From: an uncultured bacterium
GTDB taxonomy: Bacteria > Patescibacteriota > Minisyncoccia > Phycocordibacterales > GCA-2401445
DNA: 64,000 bases
Reading direction: 5' to 3'
Assembly: GCA_937952265.1 (NCBI GenBank)
Contig: CALFYW010000055.1
Span: 58,478 to 122,477 of the forward strand
Part shown: positions 37,813-48,058 of the stretch, in pieces
Layout of the letters: every line of letters begins with the position of its first letter
Position numbering within the stretch: the first letter of the stretch is position 1
Notes under the pieces: model-generated
Database searches by the model: none
Seen by the model: the letters and a program-made list of their open reading frames with translations, nothing else
Told to the model about the DNA's origin: nothing
Translations under genes and position numbers: made by a program

Positions 37813-39693
37813 TTAACGCAAGTTCTGTGGATCAACATTAATCGTATAGTAAGGGGGGAGTTCTTTGAGGAGAGAAAAGATGTCCGTCTCTTTAATTTCT
37901 TGATGCGGTATACGCAGTAAGATAGTAATCATTCCTTTTCCTTTCTCATTCCTCATTCCCGAAAACATTTCAATAGATTCTGGATTGATCCACGTTTCTA
38001 TTTTCTGTTTCAGAGAATCAAGATCCTCAGGTGTTCCAGGCGTGCTTATCTTAATTAAGAGGGAGAACGGGGGATAATTAAATTGCTTTCGCATTTCTTC
38101 TTCGGCACGATAAAAATCGATCATATTTCCTCTCAGAGCGTGGTCAAGCACTGCATGCGCGCGTTGCCTGGTCTGAAGTATAAAAGAACGTTGCGTGATC
38201 GATCGGAGTTTGATGATAATACGAAACACCCGTTCATTCATTCGAAAATCAGGAATTGCAAAAAGGCTATCAAGTGAGACCACCGCGGTATTTTCAAGAG
38301 TGTGTGAGATATGGGAAATTGCCATCTCCGTGCCAAGAAGTATGCTTCCTGGAGCATTAAAAAATTTCTCCATCTCCTCATTGATTTTTTTGCTCGTAGT
38401 GGTTGTATCCCCATCAATCCGGAACAGTGCTACCTGAGGGAACCATTCTTTAAGCGTTTCTTCAACGAGCTCAATACCAATACCTAAAGGCTCAAGTTTC
38501 CACCCATCACAGGTTCGGCAGGTGACTCGGCTGCTCCATGAGCGTCCACAGTGATGGCATAGAAAAATGTTTTCCCGAGGTCGCTGGTAGAGTACGACAG
38601 GAGTATCACAGTGCTCGCAGGTATGGGTAGTTCCACAATCTCCGCATACGGTAATCGGAGCAAATCCTTTTCGAGAAACAAGGATAAAGAGGTGCTCATT
38701 ATGTTCTTTGGTGTGGGTAATGAGTTCAGCAAGCTTCCCACTTATGAGTGAGAATCCCTCTTTTTGATCAAGGGGGCGCATATCGATAATTTCTGACTGA
38801 GCAGATGAGAGTGATCGAAATTTTGGCGGAGCAATTTCTCCAAGTTCACCGTCATGGTATCTTGAAATAGTTTCAACTCGCATCACCATATCCCCAAATA
38901 CCAAATTCGCACGCATCTCCTCTGAGAGAAACTCTGCAAACGTTCTAATATCAATAAAGGGGCGCTTCAGGGTTTTATAGGCTCGAGAACCTTCATTTTC
39001 GATGATAATGGTTCCAATATCTTCTCGGGGAATCGCAAGGAAGCTTCCGGTCCCGATGATTAACACCGGATGTTCCTCAGTGATAATTTTCTTCCAGAGG
39101 GAGAGAATTTCTTTTTTACTAATCCCGCTATGAAGGATATACGTGAACTCTTCGATACCTCGCTCGAGAAACACGCGAATACGCTCAATGTCATGAGTGG
39201 TGGGGAGGCAGAAAAAAACAGAAGCGTTGCGCGCAAACGATTCCCGAATAAGGCTTTTGTAATGCGCAATTCTCTCTTCATCGTCAGCTTGGAGGATAAA
39301 TTTGTGGTACCGATCGTTCAATCTTTTTTTGTGGCCGATTTTTTTCGGAAGATTTTTATAATTGTCGTAGATGACTTTGGGCACCATACTTGCCAGAACA
39401 CTTCCGGTTGAAGCGACGGTGTAGTTGCTCATTCGTTTAGATGTCTTAAGGAATGCTTCAGAGAGAACTTGTTGTGCTGATCCAGAAGCAATTTTCTTGA
39501 GCATAAAGCCCTGCGAGCGAAGCTCACTCTTATGCGCTTCCGCGGGGTGAGACTCAATCACAAGCGCGGGGACCCGCTTGCTTTTTAAAGGTACTAAAAC
39601 CATTGCGCCGGGAGCGATATCATCCGAGCTAAAGTATTGCAATATCTCTACACCGATACCACGGCTGATTGGTATGACGTCAAGAATTTTCAT
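37813..39693 (-). CDS. priA: Primosomal protein N' (PriA) with degenerate helicase motifs
   Basis: N-terminal 3'-DNA-binding domain, four CxxC, GIELVEE, YPPF; Walker A and DEAH absent. Confidence 0.88.
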   Translation of the reverse strand: MKILDVIPISRGIGVEILQYFSSDDIAPGAMVLVPLKSKRVPALVIESHPAEAHKSELRSQGFMLKKIASGSAQQVLSEAFLKTSKRMSNYTVASTGSVLASMVPKVIYDNYKNLPKKIGHKKRLNDRYHKFILQADDEERIAHYKSLIRESFARNASVFFCLPTTHDIERIRVFLERGIEEFTYILHSGISKKEILSLWKKIITEEHPVLIIGTGSFLAIPREDIGTIIIENEGSRAYKTLKRPFIDIRTFAEFLSEEMRANLVFGDMVMRVETISRYHDGELGEIAPPKFRSLSSAQSEIIDMRPLDQKEGFSLISGKLAELITHTKEHNEHLFILVSRKGFAPITVCGDCGTTHTCEHCDTPVVLYQRPRENIFLCHHCGRSWSSRVTCRTCDGWKLEPLGIGIELVEETLKEWFPQVALFRIDGDTTTTSKKINEEMEKFFNAPGSILLGTEMAISHISHTLENTAVVSLDSLFAIPDFRMNERVFRIIIKLRSITQRSFILQTRQRAHAVLDHALRGNMIDFYRAEEEMRKQFNYPPFSLLIKISTPGTPEDLDSLKQKIETWINPESIEMFSGMRNEKGKGMITILLRIPHQEIKETDIFSLLKELPPYYTINVDPQNLR

Positions 39694-39735
39694 GAATGAA
39701 GGGCATATGAGCGATGAAGAGGGTGGGGCCTAAAC

Positions 39736-40521
39736 CTAAAGATGAATTTCTGCAACAAGCTCAGTTCCATCAAGCAGATAGAGCCTACTACTTGTTGCGG
39801 AGACCTTCATAAACCGCACCTCACCTCCTTTATAGACAGGTTGTCGGTTTTGTGTTCCTCGAGTATCAATTTCAAGGGCATATATTCCGTTTTGGTCTCC
39901 AATAAGCAAGAGGTGATCTTCTTCTTTAAAGAAGTCGATATTATTAATCTCACCAATGATATCTCCGGTAGGTATGTTTCGGGTTAATTGGCAGGGGGTA
40001 TTTTGAGCGCAAAACCACTCGGGTGGTTTCCGTTCAGGGAGCCATGATGCCTTAAGTGCCCCATCTTCAATCCAAATGGCAACATTTCCTGAAGGTGAGA
40101 TTCGTCGTGTGTTTGTAGGGGGTTTGATATTTCGGAGCGTTGCTTTAATTGTTTGGTATTCAGGGTCTCCCGTAGGAATCAAAAGGCCGGTAGTATTTTT
40201 TTTAATCAAAAAAGGGAAGAGTGTCGTGGGGGTTTCAGGGTGTGGGGTTATGGTTTTAACCCATGGCCAATATTTGTCTTCTGCAATAAGAACCGTATGT
40301 TTTTTTTCGGTTGAGAGCTCAAAGCTAAGCTCTTTTTCAGTATCTCGATGTCTTTGTTCCGAAGTATCGATGAAGACACGTGCATCTGCCTCGGGGAGTG
40401 TAAAGCGTACGACCCCTTTGGGAGTTCGGTTGAAAACAAGGAGGGAGATACTCCCTATAATTGCAATACCAATAAATATCCACAGAATCCGATAAAATAG
40501 AGGCTTTCGTCTTGGTTCCAT
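39736..40521 (-). CDS. Membrane-anchored hypothetical protein (PEGA-like N-terminal region)
   Basis: N-terminal TM; P.A.VFID and Y.PW.KTI. Confidence 0.65.
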   Translation of the reverse strand: MEPRRKPLFYRILWIFIGIAIIGSISLLVFNRTPKGVVRFTLPEADARVFIDTSEQRHRDTEKELSFELSTEKKHTVLIAEDKYWPWVKTITPHPETPTTLFPFLIKKNTTGLLIPTGDPEYQTIKATLRNIKPPTNTRRISPSGNVAIWIEDGALKASWLPERKPPEWFCAQNTPCQLTRNIPTGDIIGEINNIDFFKEEDHLLLIGDQNGIYALEIDTRGTQNRQPVYKGGEVRFMKVSATSSRLYLLDGTELVAEIHL

Positions 40522-40572
40522 GAGTATATAGTTCCAGAAATGGAGAGAAAATTCAAATCAGCGCGGCGTGTC

Positions 40573-42114
40573 CTATTTACCAGCCGATAACAGAGTAATT
40601 TTTGCGCCAAGTGAGTTAAGTCGAGCGATAATATCCTCATAGCCTCGATTGATGCTGTAGATATTGCGAAGTGTCGATACTCCTTTTGCCGCGAGCATAC
40701 CAATAAGGATAATAGCTCCAGGTCGAAGGGCGGGCGGAGTAATTACTTCATTCGCGATTAGATTCGTGGGGCCGGTAATATAGATTCGGTGTGGATCCGC
40801 AAGAATAGTTTCTGCTCCGAGTTTATCGAGTTCTTTGTAATAAATTGCCCGTTCCTCATAAACCCAATCGTGAATAAAGGTTTGACCTTTTGCCTGGGTT
40901 GCAATCACCGCAAAAAAAGGAAGGTTGTCGATATTGAGCCCTGGGTACGGGCGCGATTCTATTTTCTCTTCAAGGGCGCTTAGCGTACTCGGAAATGTCT
41001 TTATGTCTACCAGATTCGTTTTTTCATTAAGTGCTTTATACCTTTTAAGAATGGTGTATTTAAATCCCATTTTCTCGAGTTTCAGAAGCTCGAGTTCAAG
41101 GAAGTCGATAGGGCATCGGCGGATGGTGATGGCGGATCGAGTTACAATTGCTGCGGAGAGAAAGAACATCGCTTCAATCGGGTCTTCGCTCACCGCATAG
41201 GTAATATCAGTATTAATATCGGGTTTTCCTTCTATCGTAAGTGTGGTCGTACCAATTCCTTGAATAGTAACTCCGAGAGTCTCCAAGAAGAAACATAAAT
41301 CTTGCACTTGGTAATTTGCCGATGCAAATTTGATTACGGTTTTCCCAGGGATACGAGCCGCCGCCATAATGGCATTTTCGGTAACGGTATCACCAGATTC
41401 ATACAGCACTACTTCATTGGGGGTGAGTGTGTGGCGACTGATATGGTAATCTTCTTCTTTCGAGACAATAGAGACCCCAAATCGCTCAAGCGCAAAAAGG
41501 TGGGGCTTAACCGTGCGTGAGCCAAGTTTACATCCACCCGGGTGGGGTAGTGAGAATTTCTTAAAATAATGAATAAGCGGCCCAAAGAGGAGCGCAATAC
41601 TGCGTGTACGGACCGCAGAGGCGCGATTGATATGTGTGATGTCGATATGATCTGGCGGAGTAATTTCCATTGCACTGTCGTTCCATCGAACTATGACACC
41701 GATACTTTCGAGCACTTCAACAAGCCGAAACACCTCTTCAATACGTGGCATGTTCTTGAGCGTGGTCTTTCCTTGGTTGAGTAGTGAGGCAGCCATAAGG
41801 GCAACCGCACCATTTTTTGATGTCTTAATGGTTACCTCGCCTTTAAGTTTATGTCTCCCTTCAATTTGAATATTAATCGCATCATTACCGAGAGTGATCA
41901 CAGGTGTGTTGAGGGCACTACTTACCCGCGCAATCATTTCAGTGCTCATATTTTGCTCACCTCGCTCAATACGGGCAATCGCGCTTTGGGTGGTTTGAAC
42001 GCGTGTCGCGAGTTCGTGTTGCGTAATTCCTTTTTTGTCACGAATCCTCTGAATCCTCTCTCCCAGGGCTTCTGACCCTGGGGTGAGCACCTCTTTTCTA
42101 ACTCCTTTTTTCAT
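40573..42114 (-). CDS. murA: UDP-N-acetylglucosamine 1-carboxyvinyltransferase with N-terminal XRE HTH
   Basis: SKNG, PGGCKLG, NRGYE; N-terminal ITQHELATRVQTTQSAIARIERG. Confidence 0.93.
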   Translation of the reverse strand: MKKGVRKEVLTPGSEALGERIQRIRDKKGITQHELATRVQTTQSAIARIERGEQNMSTEMIARVSSALNTPVITLGNDAINIQIEGRHKLKGEVTIKTSKNGAVALMAASLLNQGKTTLKNMPRIEEVFRLVEVLESIGVIVRWNDSAMEITPPDHIDITHINRASAVRTRSIALLFGPLIHYFKKFSLPHPGGCKLGSRTVKPHLFALERFGVSIVSKEEDYHISRHTLTPNEVVLYESGDTVTENAIMAAARIPGKTVIKFASANYQVQDLCFFLETLGVTIQGIGTTTLTIEGKPDINTDITYAVSEDPIEAMFFLSAAIVTRSAITIRRCPIDFLELELLKLEKMGFKYTILKRYKALNEKTNLVDIKTFPSTLSALEEKIESRPYPGLNIDNLPFFAVIATQAKGQTFIHDWVYEERAIYYKELDKLGAETILADPHRIYITGPTNLIANEVITPPALRPGAIILIGMLAAKGVSTLRNIYSINRGYEDIIARLNSLGAKITLLSAGK

Positions 42115-42240
42115 AGTAAAAGTATATAGCATATATGCTATATATGCAAACCTCATTAGCTCTCTTACATACCCCCCCTTCTTATTTTATAGGTTTAATG
42201 CTTGTTTTTTCGTATCTTACCTATGCTATAATAGGTGTTC

Positions 42241-43257
42241 ATGAGCTTTTTTTCTTCAAAACTGGGGATTGATTTAGGAACGGCAAATACTTTGGTATTT
42301 TTACCCGGCAAAGGAGTGGTGCTTACGGAGCCCTCGGTTGTCGCGGTATCAGAAATAGATAACCGTATTCTTGCGGTAGGACTTGAGGCTAAGAGTATGA
42401 TCGGCAAGACTCCAGAAAGTATCATTGCATACCGTCCCATGAAAGATGGTGTTATCGCTGATTATCGAGTAACTGAAGCAATGCTTCGATACTATATTGG
42501 CAAGGCGCTTGGAAAATTGAATTTCTTTAAACCAGATGTGCTTGTCTCGGTTCCCGCGGGAGTAACATCAACTGAACGGCGTGCGGTAATTGAAGCTGCG
42601 ATAAAAGCAGGAGCTAAGAACGCGTATGTGGTTAAGGAACCCATTCTAGCCGCGATTGGTGCTGGTATTCCAATTCATGAGGCTCGCGGGCATATGATCA
42701 TTGATATTGGTGGTGGTACAACCGATGTTGCGGTTATTTCGCTTGGAGGAATTGTATCTTCAACGTCAGTGAAATGCGCGGGAAACCGAATTGATGCGGC
42801 AATCGCGGATTATATTAAAAGAACCTTTAACCTTGCGATTGGAGACCAAATGGCTGAAGAAATAAAAATCAATGTGGGATCCGCGGTACCACTCGAGGAG
42901 GAACTTTCAACCATGGTAAAGGGAAGAGACTATATCACGGGCATGCCCCGCACGACCGAGATTCGAAGCAATGAAATTGTCAAAGCAATCTCTCGTGAAT
43001 TACGGGAAATGATTAAAGCAGTAAAGGATGTGCTTCAAGAGACTCCTCCAGAGCTTGCCGCTGATATTATTGATCAGGGTATTACCATGACCGGTGGTTC
43101 ATCTCAGTTGCGAAATCTCACCGAGTTAATTTATCGTCGTACCGGTGTAAAGGCGGTACTTGCACCTGATCCTTTCTACTGTGTTGCTCGCGGCACGGGG
43201 GTTGCGCTTGAACACCTTGATGTTTACAAGAAGAGTATTATCTCAAAACGTAAATAA
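42241..43257 (+). CDS. mreB: Rod shape-determining actin MreB (paralog 1)
   Basis: GIDLGTANT, DIGGGTTD. Confidence 0.95.
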   Translation: MSFFSSKLGIDLGTANTLVFLPGKGVVLTEPSVVAVSEIDNRILAVGLEAKSMIGKTPESIIAYRPMKDGVIADYRVTEAMLRYYIGKALGKLNFFKPDVLVSVPAGVTSTERRAVIEAAIKAGAKNAYVVKEPILAAIGAGIPIHEARGHMIIDIGGGTTDVAVISLGGIVSSTSVKCAGNRIDAAIADYIKRTFNLAIGDQMAEEIKINVGSAVPLEEELSTMVKGRDYITGMPRTTEIRSNEIVKAISRELREMIKAVKDVLQETPPELAADIIDQGITMTGGSSQLRNLTELIYRRTGVKAVLAPDPFYCVARGTGVALEHLDVYKKSIISKRK

Positions 43258-43261
43258 GAAT

Positions 43262-43966
43262 ATGGAGGCACGTGCTAGACTCCACGAACTCATCCCTTCG
43301 CCCCCCGCGCTTCATCACGCATACCTTATTACTGGTATGTCTAAAGACCGAGCGCGCCAAGAGTTTGAGGAGTTTACCCACACACGCTGTGGCATGCCGT
43401 TTAAAGGGAATCCGGATGTATTGTTTTTTGAATTTATTGCGCTAGGAATTAGTGATAGTCGGATGCTCTATGGGCGCGCGATAGTAAAACCGATCCAGTA
43501 CCATCAAAAGCTCATCGGTATTTTTTTTGAAAGTATGACCCTTGAGGCGCAAAATGCGCTGTTGAAGCTTTTTGAACATCCTCCGCTCGGCACACATTTT
43601 TTTCTTTTTGGAAGTGAGGATGAATTGATTCCAACACTCAGTTCTCGGCTTTATTCCCTTCGAGTAAGAGAAGCACGGGTGGACGCTTCTGATACCGCGC
43701 ATGATTTTCTTCAGAGCAGTGTCTCAAAGCGTATGGAGTTGGTAGAGACATTATGTCGATCACTTAAGAATGAATCAAAAAGCAAACGAGAAGTGGGTAT
43801 CTTCCTCGAGACACTCGAGCGTCTCATGTATGAGAAAAATAAAACACAGTTGCCAGTTAAAACATTGTTCGAAATCCAAAAAATACGAAGCTATCTTTTT
43901 GATCGGGGAGCATCGGTAAAGATGCTCTTAGAATATCTCGCGCTGACCTTACCTCGGGTCCATTGA
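43262..43966 (+). CDS. holB: DNA polymerase III delta-prime-like subunit
   Basis: HHAYLITG, NPDV, EAQNALLKLFEHPP, LIPTLSSR. Confidence 0.8.
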   Translation: MEARARLHELIPSPPALHHAYLITGMSKDRARQEFEEFTHTRCGMPFKGNPDVLFFEFIALGISDSRMLYGRAIVKPIQYHQKLIGIFFESMTLEAQNALLKLFEHPPLGTHFFLFGSEDELIPTLSSRLYSLRVREARVDASDTAHDFLQSSVSKRMELVETLCRSLKNESKSKREVGIFLETLERLMYEKNKTQLPVKTLFEIQKIRSYLFDRGASVKMLLEYLALTLPRVH

Positions 43967-43998
43967 ATTCTGTGAGGGTTTGGTTACAATAAGTAGGC

Positions 43999-44550
43999 AT
44001 GGCATATTCATTTACACAACTTGATAAAGAGATTCAGGAGAGTGTTGTCTGGCTTTCTCAAGAAATGGGAAATATCAGAACAAGTAGGGCAACCCCCGCA
44101 CTCCTCGATAGCGTTCGGGTGCTTGCGTACGGCGTACAAATGCCGTTGAATCAAGTCGCCACGATTTCAATTGAAGATCCGCGGACATTGCGTATTGCTC
44201 CTTGGGATCAGGCACAGTTGAAAGAGATCGAACGAGCAATTATGCTTGCCGATCTTGGGGTGTCGGTAGCGCTTGATGATACCGGTGCCAGAGTCTCATT
44301 CCCTGAATTGACTGCTGAACGCAGAGAGGCGCTGAAGAAAATTGCAAAAGAACGCCTCGAAGAAGCGCGAAAACGTCTTCGTCAGATTCGTGATGACGTG
44401 TGGAATGATATTCAAGAGAGTGAAGCACAAGGAATATTAAGCGAGGATGAGAAATTTCGTTGCAAGGACGAGATGCAAAAGCGGATTGATAAGGGCAATG
44501 GCTCGCTTGAGGATCTATTTTTTCGAAAAGATAAAGAGATCAGTCAGTAA
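43999..44550 (+). CDS. frr: Ribosome recycling factor
   Basis: IRTSRATPALLD, PELTAERR. Confidence 0.95.
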   Translation: MAYSFTQLDKEIQESVVWLSQEMGNIRTSRATPALLDSVRVLAYGVQMPLNQVATISIEDPRTLRIAPWDQAQLKEIERAIMLADLGVSVALDDTGARVSFPELTAERREALKKIAKERLEEARKRLRQIRDDVWNDIQESEAQGILSEDEKFRCKDEMQKRIDKGNGSLEDLFFRKDKEISQ

Positions 44551-44555
44551 ACGCT

Positions 44556-45653
44556 ATGAGTGTTATCATTTTTATTATTATTCTCGCAGTCTTAGTGCTG
44601 GTTCATGAGATCGGGCATTTTCTCACTGCAAAGAATTTAGGAATACGAGTAGATGAATTTGGTATCGGGTTTCCTCCAAAATTAATGAGTAGGAAGGTGG
44701 GGGAGACTCGCTATTCCTTGAACCTCATTCCGTTTGGAGGATTTGTTCGAATTTTTGGGGAGCAGGTTACTGAAGATATGAAAGATTCTCCTGATTGGTC
44801 ACGCAGTTTCCCCGCAAAGCCTCGTTGGGCTCAAGCTATCGTGCTTTCCGGTGGGGTTGCTTTTAATATGTTATTCGCGTGGCTTCTCTTTGCGGTTGGT
44901 TTTATGGTGGGGTTTCCTACCTCAGCCTCCTTAGAAGGAGGTGAGAGGGTGGCTCAACCACAAACGATGATACTTGAAGTGGTGTCCAACTCTCCTGCAG
45001 AAGAAGCAGGTTTAAAGTCAGGAGACAGTATCCTTTCTTTGTCTCAAGGAGAGATGTCGCTTGATGCGGTTAATGCGCCCATTGAAGATATTCGAGCGTT
45101 TATCAATAGCGCAGGTACCCAAACACTTAACGTAACTATCGAACGAGGAGAGACAACTCAGGATGTATTGCTCATACCGCGCGAAGACGTGGTCCCTGGG
45201 CGTTTTGCGATCGGAGTTTCAATGGATAAAATCGGCATTCTCAAATTACCTTGGTGGAGCGCGATCATCGAAGGCGCCAAATCAACCTTCTCATTATCAG
45301 CCGCGGTGGTCATTGGCCTTTTTCAATTTTTTACTGATGCGTTTTCAGGAGGGGCAGACCTCTCGCAGGTAACAGGTCCCGTTGGAATTGTCTCTTTGGT
45401 TGGTGACGCATCAACACTCGGATTTGTATATCTGCTTGGTTTTACGGCATTCATTTCAGTACATTTGGCGGTAATCAATCTCGTCCCTTTTCCCGCGCTT
45501 GATGGAGGACGGCTCCTCTTTGTACTGATCGAAGCGTTAAAAGGATCTCCGATTAAAGCACGTATTGCTAATACCTTGAATACCATTGGATTTATCCTCC
45601 TCATTATGCTTATGTTATTCATCACGTATCAAGATATCCTACGTCTTTTTTAA
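44556..45653 (+). CDS. rseP: RIP metalloprotease RseP (M50, PDZ)
   Basis: HEIGH, PFGGFV, PDZ, NLVPFPALDGG. Confidence 0.95.
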   Translation: MSVIIFIIILAVLVLVHEIGHFLTAKNLGIRVDEFGIGFPPKLMSRKVGETRYSLNLIPFGGFVRIFGEQVTEDMKDSPDWSRSFPAKPRWAQAIVLSGGVAFNMLFAWLLFAVGFMVGFPTSASLEGGERVAQPQTMILEVVSNSPAEEAGLKSGDSILSLSQGEMSLDAVNAPIEDIRAFINSAGTQTLNVTIERGETTQDVLLIPREDVVPGRFAIGVSMDKIGILKLPWWSAIIEGAKSTFSLSAAVVIGLFQFFTDAFSGGADLSQVTGPVGIVSLVGDASTLGFVYLLGFTAFISVHLAVINLVPFPALDGGRLLFVLIEALKGSPIKARIANTLNTIGFILLIMLMLFITYQDILRLF

Positions 45654-45733
45654 GAGGTGTACTGGTTTTTTGGAATTAATAGGGGTCTCCCGTCAAGTAT
45701 TTCTTTTTTAGTTTTTACGGTAAGATAGTAGGA

Positions 45734-46987
45734 ATGAAGCAATCTGCGCTTTTTACAAAAACGCGTCGCAGTGCGCCAGCAGGTGAAGAAGCAAAAAATG
45801 CTTCCTTGTTGATTCGAGCGGGATTTATCCATAAGGAGTCCGCAGGAGTATACGCAATGCTTCCTCTTGGTTTGCGGGTGCTTTCCCGAATTAGTGAGCT
45901 GATTCGGTCTCATATGAATGGGATTGGAGGGCAGGAAGTATTACTTACCGCACTCCAAGATCAAGAGGTGTGGAAGAAGAGTGATCGTTGGGATAGCAAA
46001 TCGGTAGATGTGTGGTTTAAAACAGTGCTTAACAATAAGACTGAAATGGGGCTCGGATTTACGCATGAAGAACCGCTTACCGAGCTTCTCACTAATCATA
46101 TCCAATCGTATCGAGATCTTCCCGCGTTTGTCTACCAGATTCAGCATAAATTTCGAAATGAACTTCGGGCAAAAAGCGGTATGCTTCGTGGTAGGGAATT
46201 CTTGATGAAAGACCTGTATTCTTTTGTACGAAACCCAGAAGAACACAATGCATTTTATGAAAAAATAACCGAGGTATACCGGAAGATTTTTGACGAAGTC
46301 GGTATTGGGAAACACACTTTCTTTACTTTTGCTTCTGGAGGGAGTTTTAGTAAATATTCACACGAATTTCAGACGATCTCAGACGCGGGGGAAGATGTAA
46401 TTTTTCTTGATCGGGATAAAGGTATTGCTATTAATAAAGAGGTGTACACTGAAGCCGTAGCTCAAGAGCTCGGCCTCGACCCGGAGAAGATTACTGAAGA
46501 GAAATCAATTGAGGTAGGAAATATTTTCAGTCTCGGCACGCGTTTCTCTGAAGCATTGAACCTCTCTTTCGTAGACGAAAAAGGAGTGCGTCGTCCCGTA
46601 ATTATGGGAAGTTATGGTATTGGGGTAACTCGTATCATGGGTGTTGTGGCTGAAGTGCTTGGTACTGAGAAAAGCATGGTGTGGCCCAAACGTATTGCAC
46701 CGTTCTCTCTCCATTTGATTTCGTTGGGGAACGATGAGGTAGTACAGAGGAAAGCGGTTGAGCTTTATGAAAAACTTGGTGGAGATCAGGGAAGTGTTTT
46801 ATTTGATGATCGGGATTGTCCTCCGGGAGAGAAGTTTGCTGATGCTGATCTTATTGGCATCCCGTTTCGAGCAATTGTTAGTGAAAAAACATTACGCAAG
46901 GAATCTGTAGAATTTTTTGATCGGCTTCAAGATCAAAAAAGCATAGTGCCATATCAGGTATTTCTCGATCAGTTTTTAGATCACTGA
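45734..46987 (+). CDS. proS: Proline--tRNA ligase (no editing insertion)
   Basis: THEE, FRNELR, REFLMKDLYSF, MGSYGIG. Confidence 0.95.
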   Translation: MKQSALFTKTRRSAPAGEEAKNASLLIRAGFIHKESAGVYAMLPLGLRVLSRISELIRSHMNGIGGQEVLLTALQDQEVWKKSDRWDSKSVDVWFKTVLNNKTEMGLGFTHEEPLTELLTNHIQSYRDLPAFVYQIQHKFRNELRAKSGMLRGREFLMKDLYSFVRNPEEHNAFYEKITEVYRKIFDEVGIGKHTFFTFASGGSFSKYSHEFQTISDAGEDVIFLDRDKGIAINKEVYTEAVAQELGLDPEKITEEKSIEVGNIFSLGTRFSEALNLSFVDEKGVRRPVIMGSYGIGVTRIMGVVAEVLGTEKSMVWPKRIAPFSLHLISLGNDEVVQRKAVELYEKLGGDQGSVLFDDRDCPPGEKFADADLIGIPFRAIVSEKTLRKESVEFFDRLQDQKSIVPYQVFLDQFLDH

Positions 46988-46990
46988 AAT

Positions 46991-48058
46991 ATGGCACGTA
47001 ACGTGATAAAAAAATTTATCCATTCCCTCTCGAATGATATTGGGATTGACCTGGGTACCGCAAATACCCTGGTGTATTTGCGTGGGAAAGGGATTGTGCT
47101 CAATGAGCCGAGTGTGGTCGCCGTAAATCAAAAGACTGGTACGGTGGTCGCGGTAGGTAATCAGGCGAAGTCAATGATTGGGAGAACTCCTGGGCACGTG
47201 GTCGCGGTGCGCCCGCTTGTTGATGGAGTGATTTCTGATTTTGAGGTAACTGAAGAGATGATTGCATATTTGATAAATAAGACCCAAGGCAATAATCGAA
47301 AATTTTTTGGTCCTCGTGTGGTTGTCGGTGTTCCTTCAGGTATTACCAACGTAGAGACTCGGGCTGTTCGTGATGCCACAAAAAATGCAGGTGCTCGGGA
47401 AGTTTATATTGTTGAGGAGCCTATGGCAGCAGCAATTGGGGTTCGTCTTCCGGTTCGGGATCCGGTAGGAAGTATGATTGTCGATATTGGGGGCGGCACC
47501 ACAGATATCGCGGTTATTGCGCTTGGGGGAATTGTTCGGTCAAAAAATATTCGTATTGCGGGAGACAAATTTAACCAAGATATTATCTCCTATATTCGAA
47601 GTGAGTTTAAGATTTTGATCGGTGAACGTACGGCGGAAGATATTAAGATTTCAATAGGAGCGATCGTTGAATCAGAAGATGGGCCCCTTGAGGCCGCGAT
47701 ACGAGGTCGTGACTTAGTTACCGGTCTTCCTCGGGAAGTGGTAATTACCGACTCTGATATTCGGGAAGCAATCTCGCAATCGATGAATACGCTCGTTGAC
47801 TCGGTAAGGGAAGTACTTGAAACCACCCCACCAGAAATGCTTTCGGATATTATGCATCGAGGCTTACATCTTGTTGGTGGAGGAGCGTTGATAAGGGGCA
47901 TTGGGCCTCTGTTAGAAGAATTTTTAAAAATCCCTATCTACATTGATGAAGATCCCATGACTGCGGTAGCCCGAGGGACGGGGGTTATCCTTGAAGATAT
48001 TGAAGGTTTTCAGGATGTCTTTATTGTAAACGAAGATGACCTACCTCCAAAAAAATAG
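46991..48058 (+). CDS. mreB: Rod shape-determining actin MreB (paralog 2)
   Basis: GIDLGTANT, EEPMAAAIG, DIGGGTTD; precedes mreC. Confidence 0.95.
   Translation: MARNVIKKFIHSLSNDIGIDLGTANTLVYLRGKGIVLNEPSVVAVNQKTGTVVAVGNQAKSMIGRTPGHVVAVRPLVDGVISDFEVTEEMIAYLINKTQGNNRKFFGPRVVVGVPSGITNVETRAVRDATKNAGAREVYIVEEPMAAAIGVRLPVRDPVGSMIVDIGGGTTDIAVIALGGIVRSKNIRIAGDKFNQDIISYIRSEFKILIGERTAEDIKISIGAIVESEDGPLEAAIRGRDLVTGLPREVVITDSDIREAISQSMNTLVDSVREVLETTPPEMLSDIMHRGLHLVGGGALIRGIGPLLEEFLKIPIYIDEDPMTAVARGTGVILEDIEGFQDVFIVNEDDLPPKK

Noticed and set aside
42241-48058. Two mreB paralogs as a novelty
   Set aside because: Multiple mreB copies are common in monoderms and CPR
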